Source: Amoebidium appalachense
Taxonomy: Eukaryota > Protista > Ichthyosporea
NCBI GenBank assembly: GCA_963693365.1
Contig: CAVNZM010000005.1
Span: 6,699,888 to 6,763,887 of the forward strand
Length of the DNA: 64,000 nucleotides
Direction of reading: 5' to 3'
Below, one piece after another: positions 49,496-63,898 of this stretch. Positions within the stretch are counted from its first letter, which is position 1; each line of letters starts with the position of its first letter. The notes below the pieces were generated by a model. That model had not been told where the DNA came from. It was given only the letters and a program-made list of their open reading frames with translations, and searched no databases. The translations under genes and the position numbers were made by a program.

Positions 49496-49558
49496 CGGTG
49501 CTCAGGGGCCTCCGCCCCCACACACACAATGCACACACCCACCACCACCACAGCTACC

Positions 49559-49618
<60 letters not shown>

Positions 49619-49700
49619 AGACACATACGCATAACTTGAACACGCACAATCACACCACCCGACCACCAACATCCTCCCCCTCCCCCCCGGGCCACACACG

Positions 49701-49756
<56 letters not shown>

Positions 49757-49771
49757 GGGGGGGGCGCGCGC

Positions 49772-49806
<35 letters not shown>

Positions 49807-49833
49807 CGCACGCACACACGCACGCACACACAC

Positions 49834-49877
<44 letters not shown>

Positions 49878-49900
49878 CCACACTCTTTATGGCAATGGCA

Positions 49901-50260
49901 GGCCAGACTGGGGGCGAATCCATGGTTCTAAAGTTGGAGGGAGACATCATTGGTTGGCCGGCCAGCCTCTCCGCTACAAGCTGCCAGCGCTTCCTCAGCC
50001 ATAGCACCCCCTGCCACGCGTCATTTTCGTACAACGTGACCGTAATTGATGGAAAATTGGTCGCAAATGAAGCCACGGCACCTGGGGGGGGTACCATTGC
50101 GTGCCCGTTCGAGACGGCAACCTACACGGGCAAAATTTCGCCGGTGTCGGGGGGGACTCTAGTGGTGGACCAGTGCTCGGTTCATGGCTGGCTGATGCAT
50201 TCCAAGGATGCATACAGTCGGGGCGATTGGGTGTTTGATCTGGTGGGGTCCGGAGCGTAA
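49901..50260 (+). CDS. Possible terminal exon of an unknown protein
   Basis: Non-repetitive ~120-codon open frame after a (CA)n tract and candidate gcag acceptor, ending in TAA before AT-rich sequence. No recognised domain. Confidence 0.35.
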   Translation, partial: GQTGGESMVLKLEGDIIGWPASLSATSCQRFLSHSTPCHASFSYNVTVIDGKLVANEATAPGGGTIACPFETATYTGKISPVSGGTLVVDQCSVHGWLMHSKDAYSRGDWVFDLVGSGA

Positions 50261-51005
50261 TATAATTACAATGTACAGTAGCCTATTGGCTTATGCGGTA
50301 CTTAGCGTGTGTCTGTGTAGTCAGTGAATGGAAAACTTTGTCAATGTTGTATTTAAGATTCAATCGACGGTCGAGGGTGAATCCTGTGCGAGCGGATTGA
50401 CTATATAAGGAAACTGTGCGAAACCATTTTTGCGTAGGCCGTCCAAATTTGGTGATGGTATGTGTAAGCACCAAGGAGTTAGGGAACCACCAAGCTATGA
50501 GGGGGAGCCCGGCAGGGGGAGGGGGGGGGTGGGGGGGGGGGGGGGGGGGGGGGGGGGATAGCTGAGAAAAAGGCATGATCAGCGTCTTGCGTTTTGATTG
50601 GTTGAACAACCGAGCTCGACTATGCCGGGGTCACTTGTGCAAGCAAGTAGTGAAGTTCCAGAAGCCTGTAGTTAATAATTATTGGCATTTGGCTTCTACA
50701 TATGATCCGTAGTATAGTGATAAGGAAAGTGTATTACTGAGTACTGGGCATAGAACATTAAACTTTGCCACTGATGATGTATGATAAACTCCGCTAACCT
50801 CAAGTTCAGTGAGCCAGAGATCCGTATCAGGCGGCTGCAACTCCGGCGAGCTATTTTTTTTTTAAATAAAGTAAGCTTTAAAAAATGGTTTTATACGATT
50901 TCAGCCGCATTGCCTTGTACCCGATGATGAGGGGGCCCCGGTGGTTCTAAGATGTCTGCGCCAACGGTTTTTGATGCATGAGTCAACATGTCTGTCATCA
51001 CGGTG

Positions 51006-51171
<166 letters not shown>

Positions 51172-51214
51172 GACACTATGATAGGACGGTGACTTTCGCC
51201 CTTCCCTCCCTCCT

Positions 51215-51255
<41 letters not shown>

Positions 51256-52160
51256 TTTTGCACCTTTTTTTTTTTTTTTTTTTTTTTTTTGGCCCGCAAG
51301 TGTGTGTGGGTGGGTGGGGGGTGGGGTGGGGAGTGGGGGGAAGGGTCTCGGGAGGGGGTCGTCCGGAGGGATGGGTGCGGGCCCCCGAGGGTTGGGGGTT
51401 TGCCAAATGATCCGTCTGAGAGCCTCTTCTCTCTCATATCCCGGGCTCTCGCTTTCCCTGAAAGGGCCTCGCACTCTCTCTCTCCGTCTCCAGACTCTCT
51501 CTCCCCTCTATATCCCTCCCTCGCTTATTCTTCCTCCTCCTCCCCCCCCCCCCCTCCTAACACTTCCTCGGGCCCCCTTCCCCTCTCTCTCACATAGGGC
51601 CAAAAGATAAAAGTGCCCAGGACCGGGGCGGGAATCGGATGAGATGAATTCTAATGAGCCGATTGGATCCGCAATTCCACTTTAAAATAATCGAGCTCTA
51701 TGATTGGATCCGCATTTCCACTCTGAAGTTTTGAGTTACTGCTATTTGGTCAGATGCTACCTCGAGTCTGTTTCCGTCACACACACACACATACAGTGAT
51801 TCTCTCTCGCTCTCTCTCTTTCTCCCTCTCCCCTTCCTCTCCCCTCCCCGGTCTTTCTCTTCCTCCCCTCCCCCCCCCCCCCCCCCCTTCCCCCACCCCG
51901 CCCTCCCCCGCCTCCCCCTCCCTTCTCTCTCTCTCCCCCCCGCCCTCCCCCCGCGCCCTCCCCTCCCCCCCCCCCCCCCCCCTCCTGACTCTCTCTCTCT
52001 CACCCCTTTGACTCTCTCTCTCACGGTCGCTCCGAGTCCCCTCCCCCACTCCCCTCCCCTCTCTCCCTCAACCTCGAGCTCTCTAGCTGCCCCTCTCCCC
52101 TTCCGCCTTTCTTTTTATTTATATAACTCTCTCCATTTGGCACTTCAAGGAAGGGGAAAA

Positions 52161-52214
<54 letters not shown>

Positions 52215-53023
52215 GGGAGGAGAGTCGGCCAGCCGTGACTTAGGCGTCCAGGCAGCACACCGTTTTGTATGGCATGGCATGAACCCGGTTGCAGGGCCTC
52301 TACAATGCCCCCCCCCCCCCCCCCCCCTCCCCCCCCCCCCCCCTCCCCCCCCCCCCCCCTCCCCCCCTCCCTCCCCCCTTCCCCCCCCTCCTGCCCCCCC
52401 GCCTCCCCTCCCCCCTCCCCGGGAGTCCCCACCACCACCACTCGTTGACACACATGCACACTCATTATGTAAGTCATTTAGCTTCATCACCAGGTCATGC
52501 ACCGGGATCATGATTATAACACGCACCCGCACTCATGCATATACGCTGTGTTGTGAAGGGTAAGGGGGGGGGGAGGGGGGGGGGGGGGGTGAATATCAAA
52601 ACCCCCTCAGACTGATGGTTCCCCCCCCCCCCCCCCCCCCCCCCCCTCCTCCCTTCACCAAGCAACCACTGTTATTGGTTTCGTCGAAGCCATGACCAAC
52701 TCTCTCATCATGTGTGTGTTGGAGGGTTGACATAAGTAGATGTAGCGAAACAATCCATATTCAAAAAAGATTCCCCTTGCCCCCTTCCCCCTCGCTCCCC
52801 CTCCTCCCCCCCCCCCCCCTCTCCGCTTCCCTCCCCCCCCCCCCCCCCCTTCCCTCCCCTCCCCCCCCCCCCTCCCCCCCCCCCCCCCCCCCCCCCCCGC
52901 CTCCCCCCCTTCCTTCAGTCCATATTGTGGATCACATGATACCCCTTTGAAGATGTGGGCTCTACTGATGCACACTACTAATAGCAGTAGTGTATACTTG
53001 GCACTCTCGTAAAACACATTCAA

Positions 53024-53054
<31 letters not shown>

Positions 53055-53179
53055 AAAAAAAAAAAAAAAAAACTGGTAAATAAGCCGTAGATTGCAACCT
53101 CAAATTCTGCATTATCTGTCCGTCATCAATGTATGCTCAGTTGCACTCTTGTAAAACACATTCTACCCCCCTCCCCCCC

Positions 53180-53216
<37 letters not shown>

Positions 53217-53881
53217 TTCCACTCCCTCCCTATCCCCCTCCCCCCTCCCCCCTCCCCCCATCCCCCTACCCCCCCTCCCCTCTACCCCCCCCCCTCCCTC
53301 CCCCCTTCCCCCCCTCCCCCCCCCCCCCCCCCCGTCCCCTCCCTCCTGCCCCCACCTCCCCTCCTTCCCTCGCCCCCTCTTCCCCCCCATCACCCCTCCC
53401 CTCCTCCCCCCTCCCCCGTCCCCTTCTCCTCCCATCCCCTCCTCTTCCTTCTCCCTTCCCCCATCCCCCTCTTTTCCCCTTCCACCCCTTCCCCACACAT
53501 CCCTTCTTCCCCCCCCCCCCTCCCCCCCCCCCATCCAACCCCCCTCCACCCCCTCATTCTCTCCCCTACCCCCCATTCCCCCCTCCCCTCTCCCTCCCCG
53601 TCCTCCCTCCCCTCTCCCCCTCCCCCCCCCTCTCCCCCCCCCCCCCCCCCCCCACCTATAGCGGTACAAGTGGACTAGTGTCGCCAGTAACATATACCCC
53701 CTCTCCCTCCCCCCTTTTATCTCCCCCCCCCCCCCCCCCCCCCCACCGTTCCCCCCCCCCCCCCCCCTTTCCCTCCCTCCCTCTCTCCACCTTTCCATCC
53801 CCCCTCCCCCCCCCCCCCCCCCCCCCCCCCCCCCACCACCACCACCACTACCAAGCAGCACCCACTCACCTTTTCCTTTAG

Positions 53882-54478
53882 GTGGTCGTCGACTGCGCGT
53901 GGGGTGAATGGGCCAACTACAATGCATGCAGTGTGACATGTGGAATGGGATCGCGCTAAAGACTACGTTCATTCAAGACCTATGGCGGGAAACCTTGCAC
54001 GGGCATTCCAACAGAATTTACATCCTGCGCCCTGCCACCCTGCCGTAAATATCCCCCCCCCCCTTCAACCCCCCCCCCCCCCCTCACATCCCCTTCCCTC
54101 CCCTCCCTGCCTCCTTCCGTCCTCTTCCTAAACCCCCCCCCCACACACACACCTCCCCTCCCTGCCTTCTTCCGTCCTCTCCCCCCTCCTCTCCTCCCTC
54201 CCCTTCTCGCTTCCTCTCCCCACTCCCTCCCCTACCTCTTTCCCTCCCCAGATGCTATATCTCCCTACCCCCCCCCCCCCCCCCCCCCCCCCCCACTCCC
54301 ACCCCACCTCTATCAACATGACATAGAGCTGACATGCATCACAAAACCAACAGCAAAATACTTTTTGCTTTTTTTTTTGGGGGGGGGGGGGGGGGGAGGA
54401 CGTCACACTATCCCCCCCCCCCCCCCCCCCCCCAACCCCCCACCCCCCTCCCCTTCCCTTCCCCCCCCCCCCCCCCCC

Positions 54479-54511
<33 letters not shown>

Positions 54512-54539
54512 CCTTTTTTTGGCCGACACGTCACACTTA

Positions 54540-54572
<33 letters not shown>

Positions 54573-54717
54573 TGTGCCGGGGGGGGGGGGGGGGGGGGGA
54601 GGGGGGGGTACCATCACACGGACCCGCACAACAACCCCCACCCAGAATGGAGGCAAAGAGTGTGCGGGTGAAGCCACCCAGTCCGTCCCCTGCAACACGA
54701 GCCTCTGTGTAAATACT

Positions 54718-54748
<31 letters not shown>

Positions 54749-54834
54749 TTCTGCCTTGGCATTTTATTACACACAAACATCTCCATCACACCCGGGATGG
54801 CAACGAGCGTAGCATTGACTCAAGCCTCTCCCCT

Positions 54835-54865
<31 letters not shown>

Positions 54866-55893
54866 CGCCCTCCCCTCCTCTCCGTCTTCCCAATCCCCCC
54901 CCCCCCCCCCCCCCCCCTTCCCCCTCCTCCCCCTCCGCTCTCAGGACACCCCAAGCCTCTCTGCCCCCCATAACCCAAACTCCCATGCTATCGACAAACA
55001 CAAAGGTCCAAAATTCGCTATATCTATCATCCCTTCTAGTTCTGGCTCCGTCTTATCGATCAACATCAACACTCATCTACCCCCTTCCCCCTTCCTCACT
55101 TCCCCCCCCTCCCCCCCCCCCCCCCCCCTCCCCCCTCCCCTCCCCCGGCCCCTCTCATCTGACAGAATAGTGATAATTCAAAAAATAGGGATTTTTGGGG
55201 AGGGGATTGCGGGCCCAATCAGAAGGCTCAAATCTATTGAGAGGAAATTGCAGGCCCAATCAGCTCATATGACCAGATATCCGGATTCCCGCCGGCATCC
55301 ATTTAATCGACCAGCTGTTGTGAGCCGGGTCCATCTAATTCGTTTGAGCCAGAGTGTGGCACTTTGTTTTACCTTGATGCTGCGATGCCATCGCATTCAG
55401 AGGGAGACAATAACACATTCAATAGGAAACTCTTAATGAGTTCTTGAGCACCAAAAACTTTGCATATCATTTCAGGTATATACTTAGCTGCTTTTATGCA
55501 AGAAATACATACAATTCATAATTTAGCATATGGCATGCTGTTTGCTCACGCGACTTCGCGCTGAAATCAGTTTTTGTTGCCCTCATCTCCAACAACGGCT
55601 TGATCGGATTGATCAAAATGGAAGAAGATCGGAATGCAGTGTAACCAGGTGCCGGGATTATCACCATTTAACCGTATGTCTCCTCCCCACCTCCCTCCTC
55701 CCCCCTCCCTCCCCCTCCTCCTCCCTCATCCCTTTCTTCCCCACTCCCCCGGCCCCCCCCCCTCCCTACACACACACACACAGACACAGTGTCACACACC
55801 ACCACCATCACCACAACAGCACTTCCACCCGGCGGTTGACTGTGGATAGGCCGAGTGGACATCCGATCCCCGCTACCTGGCAGTGTCACCTGT

Positions 55894-55931
<38 letters not shown>

Positions 55932-56057
55932 CTATGTGAACAATCGTGAATCCCCCCCCCCACCCCCCCCCCCCTCAGAACGGTGGAAAAGAGTGCGCCG
56001 GCAAAACGATAGAAACTGTAGCCGTCCCTTGCATTCTTTTCATGTGCGTCTACCCCC

Positions 56058-56107
<50 letters not shown>

Positions 56108-56403
56108 AAAAAAAAAAAAATCATGATGCACGGGCTTCTTGGTGTGCGCACTCACTTTAAATTTAACTGTGCATTTGTCTTGTCCGTCGTGAATGCGTAA
56201 CTCGTAGTCTCTGAACACATACTACCCCCCCCCCCCCCCCCCCCCCTCCCTCCCACTTGTCCCCTCTTCGCATGTTTCCTGCAACAGTTGATCTACTTCT
56301 CCCTTCCATCCCTCCCCCCCCCCCCCCCCCCCCCTTCCCCCCGGCTCCCTTCCACCTCATATTCAAAACACTTTTTTTTGCATTCTAACCCGTCCCTCCC
56401 CCC

Positions 56404-56461
<58 letters not shown>

Positions 56462-56570
56462 CACACACACACACACACACCTCCCACCCTCCTCTTCTTC
56501 CCCCTGCAGCGGTGGATTGTTCATGGTGCGAATGAACCACCGAAAGACACCGTGCACAGCAACATGTGAG
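53882..56570 (+). pseudogene. Degenerate multi-exon thrombospondin type-1 (TSP1) repeat gene fragments
   Basis: VVVDCAWGEWANYNACSVTCGMG (53882 onward, then a stop), GGTITRTRTTTPTQNGGKECAGEATQSVPCNTSLC (~54605-54708), SVTCGG..QNGGKECAG..VPC (~55880-56045) and VDCSW (~56510). In-frame stops are present. Confidence 0.7.
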
Positions 56571-56882
56571 AGTGGGGGGGGGGGGGGACGGGGGGCGTGT
56601 TAGAATGCAAAAAAAGGTGTATTGAATACTGTCAGTGAGGTGGAAGGGGGCCGGGGGACTCTGGATGGGGGGGGGGGGGGGGGGGGAGGGGAGACTGCTA
56701 GATCAACTGTTTGCAGGAAACACGCGAAGACGTGACAGAGTAGAACACAGATCCAACCCCTGAACGCCGGGGGGCAAAGCGTGCACAGGCGACAGCACCG
56801 AAAAACAGGACGTCCCATGCAACACTATGCCTTGCCGAAATATCCTTCCCCCCTCCCCCCTCCCTCCCCCGTACCCGTCCCC

Positions 56883-56913
<31 letters not shown>

Positions 56914-56948
56914 ACACACCACCACCACCACCATTGCACACACACACA

Positions 56949-57000
<52 letters not shown>

Positions 57001-57479
57001 TACCACACCCCAACACCGGCTCGCCCCCTTTCTACACCCCAATCCCACAGCTCCCTTTCCCACAAATCCCCCTCCCCCCCTCCCCCCCACTCAACCACCT
57101 AATCAACCCCCCCCCCCCCCCCCCCCCCACCCCCTCCTGGTGTTGGGGTCTTTCTAAACAGTCTCAAGTACACACACTTTCATACTTTCGACGATTTTCT
57201 TATCAGCCAACACACCACTAATTTTTCCTTCCCCCCCCCCCCCCCCCCTCCCCCCCCCCTTCCCCTCCCCCCCCCCCCCCCCCCCTTTTCCCCACCCCCC
57301 TCTCCTCCCCCCAACACCCTCCAATGCCCCATGAAGCCCCCTGCCACTTTTACAAACCCCAACCCCAACACCTCTCCCCTCCCTACCCCCCCACCCCCTT
57401 CAACCCCTCCCCCCGTCCTCTCCCCCCTCCCCCTCCCCACACACGCGCTCCGTTACTTGCAATGATATGTTGTTTGCCG

Positions 57480-57966
57480 TAAGCCACCCGTCATCCCTCC
57501 TTTTTTTTTTTTTTTTTGCAGATGTGTGCCTGTGTTAAGCCACCCATTGTAGCCCTCCCCCTTTTTTTTGCAATGTGTGTGCCTGTGTTAAGCCTCCCAT
57601 TATCCTCATTTTTGGCAATTATGCATGCCTGCGTTGAGCCACCCATTATCGACCCTCACTTCCTGCAATATCTTGTGTGCCTGTGTTAAGCCACCCGTTA
57701 TCCTCATTTTGGCAATTATGCATGCCTGCGTTTAGCCACCCATTATGGACCCTCACTTCCTGCAATATCTTGTGTGCCTGCGTAAAGCCACCCATTATCC
57801 TCATTTTTGGCAATTATGCATGCCTGCGTTGAGCCACCCATTATCGACCCTCACTTCCTGCAATATCTTGTGTGCCTGCGTAAAGCCACCCATTATCCTC
57901 ATTTTGGGCAATTATGCATGACTGCTTAAAGCCACCCATTATCGACCCTCCCTCCCTGCAATATCT
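57480..57966. repeat. Minisatellite with alternating ~50-bp subunits (~100-bp higher-order unit)
   Basis: Recurring AGCCACCCATTATC core alternating between CTCATTTTGGCAATTATGCATGCCTG and GACCCTCACTTCCTGCAATATCTTGTGTGCCTG. Confidence 0.9.
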
Positions 57967-58219
57967 TGGCTCACCGTTAGGAGCAACATACCAAGCACCT
58001 TCCTTCTAATGTGCTCCCTTTTTGTGTATTTTATCGTGGATGTGAACTTTATACTCTCGAAAATCCTAAAAAAAAACTCCACTATCCAGTATATTTCGTA
58101 TTGTAAATGCATGCCGAGCTCTACACTGCACGATCTGCCTTCCCCCCCCCCTCCCCCCCCCCCCCCCCCCCCCCCCCCCGGGGGTGCCCTTACCTTATTC
58201 ATTTATCTCGTTTTCCCGC

Positions 58220-58818
<599 letters not shown>

Positions 58819-59280
58819 CAGGAGGCACTCACTGCCGACAAATCATTGCAATGCATATGCAGCCTAGCTTAGCCCGTAGTCCCGGGTCCAGATGACGCGG
58901 CACACTTGATCGACCTGAGAGTCTTTAGTAATCATTGCATGTGAAGAAGAAAAGGCATGGTTGAGGTGGTGGCACAAAAAATATTCAAATAACGTTAAAG
59001 GTTATTTTTTACTACACATAACCATTAACAACTGGCCTCAAGCTTAACATATTCCACACAGCTGCACAGAGCTGCTGTACCATCCGATCATCGTCAAGAA
59101 TCATGACCATGGCGTGGGGATTCCTCAACTTAACAGAAAAAAACTGGGGGGCGGCCCCAGCGGGGCGCGGCCGAGCGATCGACCCGCCGTTGTCGCCACG
59201 CGTGTGGGATTATGTTCGCTATCACACCGTAGCCTATTAGTGTTACCTCATAAACTCGATGCTGTAATAAACATGTTCGG

Positions 59281-59311
<31 letters not shown>

Positions 59312-60670
59312 CCCTCCTCCAAGGTGGATAGAGTGGATAGTGGATAGTGGCAGTCATCTCTATGTGCTGTCGTCGAGCTATGTACCAACCAACAGACCAA
59401 CCAACTACCAAGTCGACATTGAATTAGATTGAACCTGATTCGTTCCAAAAATAACCTTTTTGAAGTTTGACTTGTGCGAGCTTCATCACTGATTGGCTAA
59501 TGTTTAAATTTTTTTCTTCAGATTGAATGCTCGTTGTCACCCAAAACTCCAAAACTGTGAGCGTGCATCTCAGCAGTACTCCACGTTTGTTATCATTGAA
59601 AGAAAAAAGGAGCTCGGGGGAAACTATTGTATTCACTTAGAAATTAGAGAATAAGGCATATCAAAATTTTCTCGTGAACATATATAGTAAGCATGTTAAC
59701 CACCATTCACCGATCTCCAGCAAATGGTCTATGCACACATTGTACTTTGCCGTCATTTCGAACGCAGTCACGGTACCGGTCCCATCATCTCACAGGGCAG
59801 CAGGGGGGTGTTTTCAATTGAATTTTCTGCCACGCGGAGTCACGGACTCGCCGACGGTCGAGGAGCTCATACGACTATATGGTGTAGCACACCGTGGGGA
59901 GACGATATTTGGCACGTAGCCATGAATGCGTCCAGAAAATCCAGTTTTTCGCTAGCAGCGCCAAGTTGCAGCGCAGTATGGAGCAGTTATCAGAAACAAA
60001 CTTACGGAAATGGGGCCCTACGTATCATGTATTAGGCGCAGGGTTTCGGACTGGTTCAGAGATGCTTAGAATTAATATGTTTTATATATGTTTATATTGT
60101 TATTGCTAAAGTAACCTCGTATCTTTTTTTTTTTTTGCGGGACTAGTCGTGGTGCGACAAAGCCTCAACTGTTCAAGTCATTCGGCGAATTCATGATAAG
60201 AGTGGACTGGCATGATGGGCGGACATCAGACATCATCATCATGCACCGATCCTCTCGAGCTCGCACCACAAAAGGTTTCGGGAGATTGTATTTAGTTTTC
60301 AACATACGTCGGACACAATAAGGTCCGGCAGTGAATAATAAACCCGGGAAAAGACTCAGCACTGTACGTAGAGAAAGGCACAGGTCCCTTACCTTTAATT
60401 TATTGAGTTTTTTTGGTTATTTGGTTTATATCTTTGTTGTTTGTTCGATTTACAACTCTCTGCTTCAAGTTGTTACAAGGCCTGTAACAAATGATGTAGA
60501 AATCTCCCTTAGATGGAGGAGCCACATTCCTACAGACAGCAACGCCAGCTATAAAAGGGCCGTGAGGCACATGCGACATCACACCTCACACGCACTTCAT
60601 GTGGATAATGAGTTGAACCGTGTGAATTGTTGTTCTCTTGCGTTCCCATTTGAATAATCTATAGGCAAAC

Positions 60671-61528
60671 ATGAGGACCCTTCTGGGTCTGTCTTTGGCC
60701 TTAGGCCTTCTCCGCTGCAGAGAAAGCGAAGCTGCAAGCACTCAGCGACGAAGCGTCTTCGCCCCCGCAAATTCTATCGTCCCGGAACCGCGCATCGTCG
60801 GTGGTGTGGTCGCGCCAAACAAAACATGGATTGCATCCCTCGGCACTGAGAACGAAGAGGATGGTTACCTTAGTGCCTGCACAGGGTCTCTCATTGCACC
60901 AAAATGGGTGCTGACGGCGGCACACTGCTTTGACGTCGATCCAGATTCGAATGCCGAGCCACCCAACCTCGTCTATGTTGCGGGCCAGGACCTGCGAAAG
61001 CTCAACACGTTTAAAAAGGCGCGCATAGCAGAGGTGTTCCAGCACCCACAGTGGGACCCTGCCGTGAATGCGTACGACATTGCGCTTGTTCGCCTGGAAA
61101 CTGCCATCAATAGCACTTGCATTACTCTGAATGCAAACAAATCCCTTGATGTACCGGGAGGTAATGTTACCCCAGTGGCCTCGGGCTGGGGGGATCTCTT
61201 TGACGGCGCCAATGAGGGCTCGCTTCTCCTGAGAAGCGTTGCGCTGCCTTTGCTTCCATACTCGCGCTGTGAAGAAGATGAGAAGGATACTGCGCCTAGG
61301 AAGGATTCAAGGCTGTGTGCTGGTGGGGTGAAGGGGAAGGACACGTGCCAGGGGGACAGTGGGGGGCCGTTGGTGATGGGAGCAGACGACAAGGCCATGC
61401 AGATTGGAACTGTTGCGTATGGTGTAGGTTGTGGGGAAAGTCCTGGTGTTTATACTCGTGTGGCTAGCTATTTGAAGTGGATGCAAAGCTTGAAGATACC
61501 CATAAAGACCACCAATAAGCTCTTGTGA
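60671..61528 (+). CDS. Secreted trypsin-like (S1A) serine protease, intronless, 285 aa
   Basis: Signal peptide, activation site R|IVGG, triad motifs LTAAHC / DIAL / DTCQGDSGGP, Asp in the S1 pocket, PGVYTRV. TATAAAA at ~60550. Confidence 0.95.
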   Translation: MRTLLGLSLALGLLRCRESEAASTQRRSVFAPANSIVPEPRIVGGVVAPNKTWIASLGTENEEDGYLSACTGSLIAPKWVLTAAHCFDVDPDSNAEPPNLVYVAGQDLRKLNTFKKARIAEVFQHPQWDPAVNAYDIALVRLETAINSTCITLNANKSLDVPGGNVTPVASGWGDLFDGANEGSLLLRSVALPLLPYSRCEEDEKDTAPRKDSRLCAGGVKGKDTCQGDSGGPLVMGADDKAMQIGTVAYGVGCGESPGVYTRVASYLKWMQSLKIPIKTTNKLL

Positions 61529-62744
61529 ATGGGCTGTTGTGATTAATTAATAAATTAATCAGTTGGAGGGCCGGGCAGCAATTTGGGGTGTGGTGAAAAT
61601 TATTGCATGGTTACAGTGAGTGTAGCTACGTAGAAGAAAGTGATGTACAGGTTTAGACAGAAACATTAGACAAAAGTTCTGATCTTTAGAGTAGAATAAT
61701 GCACGTGTGTATACTGTAGAATCCTCCGCTGGCTGTGCTCGACGTGTGAATAACGATAAAACAAACATCAAGATGTAGTTAATAAATACGGCTTGGCCGC
61801 TTTGGTCCAAAATTCACAGTGCCGTGGCTTGTGCACGTTTTGGGGCCCACAAAAATCCGAGCTGGTGTAGTAGAGCACAGCTTGGACGTGAGACTATCCA
61901 TTCGGCCTGTCTCAGTTGAGCACGTATGAACACAGAACACAGACCGTTTTGCCAATACTCAAAACTTCCCTGAAAAATGGAAGGCATCCAAGTTGAAAGT
62001 TGAGGAATTAGCTAACACACTTCCTCCAGAAAACGTGCCATGTGGAACGTCACCACACCTTGGCAAGCATGTATAGTATAATTTATGCACGACTTGGTGC
62101 GCTTGAGATGCTCTTAGCTCGGCTGCCAAAGGAACAAGGCATGAGAAGTGCACCCGCTCCCTTCTGCCGAGGACACGTATACTTGGAGAGGTAGCTCATT
62201 AGCTCATCATTGCTGACTTAACGTATATAAGTACGCGTCCTTCCTTTTTATTGTTACACTCAAACAAATAGAAGAAGAATTTGAAAACAAACCTATACAC
62301 GTGAACTCTATGCTGTGTTTGACGTCTTTATATAGCTATGTGCCTTGCAAATGGGTGAAATACTAATTAATGGCCCTGGGGCCAGCACCTCAACACAGCC
62401 TCACATGCACGTTGATAATATACCCTCACACATCCATTACCCCTTCCCCCCACACAGTATATAAAACGCGTTTGTTTATATGAACTCGATCGTGGCCATG
62501 GGTGCTGGACTGCTGGTCCCGGCGTGCGAGCTGGAGTCATTTTGGAGGTGCTCTTACACTACATCACCATAGTTGTGCATCCAAATAAGGCTACCTACCT
62601 TCCATACTTGGTTTTTGAAGCTGTAACAACCAATCAGCGTGCGCGGGTCCCATGTGACCCTTTGGAATGTTTTGGAGTAGGTTTCCCTTTTTTCCTTGCA
62701 CGCACCCCGTTTTCCACTCAGTCCCCATACTCACCGTATCAAAC

Positions 62745-62826
62745 ATGGCTTCTACATCCGCCGACCCCGAAGTCGATGCTGGCGATGCAGGCGAAGATCT
62801 GCCACCCACCTCGGGCGAGAAGATTG
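62745..62826 (+). CDS. NARS1: Probable first coding exon of asparaginyl-tRNA synthetase
   Basis: aaacATGG start, 82 nt, phase-1 donor g|gtgtgt that fits the phase of the next exon (KI-V-IYTS). Confidence 0.65.
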
Positions 62827-63662
62827 GTGTGTATTCCTTAGGGTGCAATGCATAAAGCGTCGACAACATTTATAGCTTTCCCCTTCCTCTTTTACAACGC
62901 CTTTTGGTTTAACAGAGCACACTGCAGCTAGTAAGCACGGACGTCTAAAGCACACCGTAGCGCATACACACTCAACACACTCATGTATTCACAGCCAGAA
63001 GAGGTTCCGAGAAAGACGCGCACACAGCGCTATGAGGGCATGGGTGGTAGCACACAGACACATACCCCCCCTCCACTCTTGTTACTTCTACCCTTTTCCC
63101 GTTCTACAGTACGGCTATGGTCGTTGTAGTTCAGGCTTCTAAACTCAACCAGAATTTGCAGCAAATACTCGACGCCTCTCCTTTAATCACCTTGCCCCCT
63201 TCCCCCCCTCTCCCCCCCCCCTCCCCCCCCCCCCCCCTGCCTTCTCCGTGGTTGACTCTCTCTCTCTCACCCCTCCTCCCTCCCTCCCCCGCCCGCTCTT
63301 CCCGAGTATGCCCCTACTTACGCATGCTCTTCTTGTGTGTTTTTCTGCTAAATCTTCCTCCTGGTCCGTCATGAACCTCCTGTTCTGTGGAGCGTTCCCC
63401 TCCCCCCCCCTTCCCCCGGCTCCTCGCCGTCCCTCTCCTTGCCGCTCTCCTTTACAGCACCCTCCTTAGCAACTCCGTGATAGCATTTTTTCAAACCCCC
63501 CTCCCCCCTCCCCCCTCCCTTTCCTGGGGAACTCAACCCAGTTTGCCAGAGCCTCACTCTTTGCTCACCCCCGTCCCCTCCCCCCTCCCCCCCCCCTCCC
63601 CCCCTTCCTCCCCCAACCCCCTCATTGCCCTGTGGCTCATTCCCCAACACACACACATACAG

Positions 63663-63898
63663 TGATCTACACGTCCGAGCTGAACGGCAACGACAACGAT
63701 GGCGACGGCACGGAGCGTGTTCCCTTCAAGACGGCGCTGTATGCGCTGAAGATGGCCGGCAACCGGCCCGTGGAGCTTTACGTGGACGGCAAGGAGGAGG
63801 GCCAGCGCTATGCTCTGATTGCCAAGGCACAGCTCAAGAAAGTGCAGAAACTGTACCAGCAGGAGCTGAAGAAGGCCGAGGCAAAGAAGAAGAAGGAG
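63663..63898 (+). CDS. NARS1: Exon encoding the eukaryote-specific N-terminal domain of cytosolic asparaginyl-tRNA synthetase; gene continues beyond the window
   Basis: IYTSELNGNDNDGDGTERVPFKTALYALKMAG..LYVDGKEEGQRYALIAKAQLKKVQK matches the recalled AsnRS N-terminal pattern (G.D..GDGT...PFKT...AL...YVD...I.K.QLK). AG/GT boundaries present. Confidence 0.9.

Noticed and set aside
57480-57966. CRISPR-like appearance of repeated AGCCACCCATTATC
   Set aside because: The intervening sequences are themselves repeated rather than unique spacers, there are no cas genes, and the context is eukaryotic.
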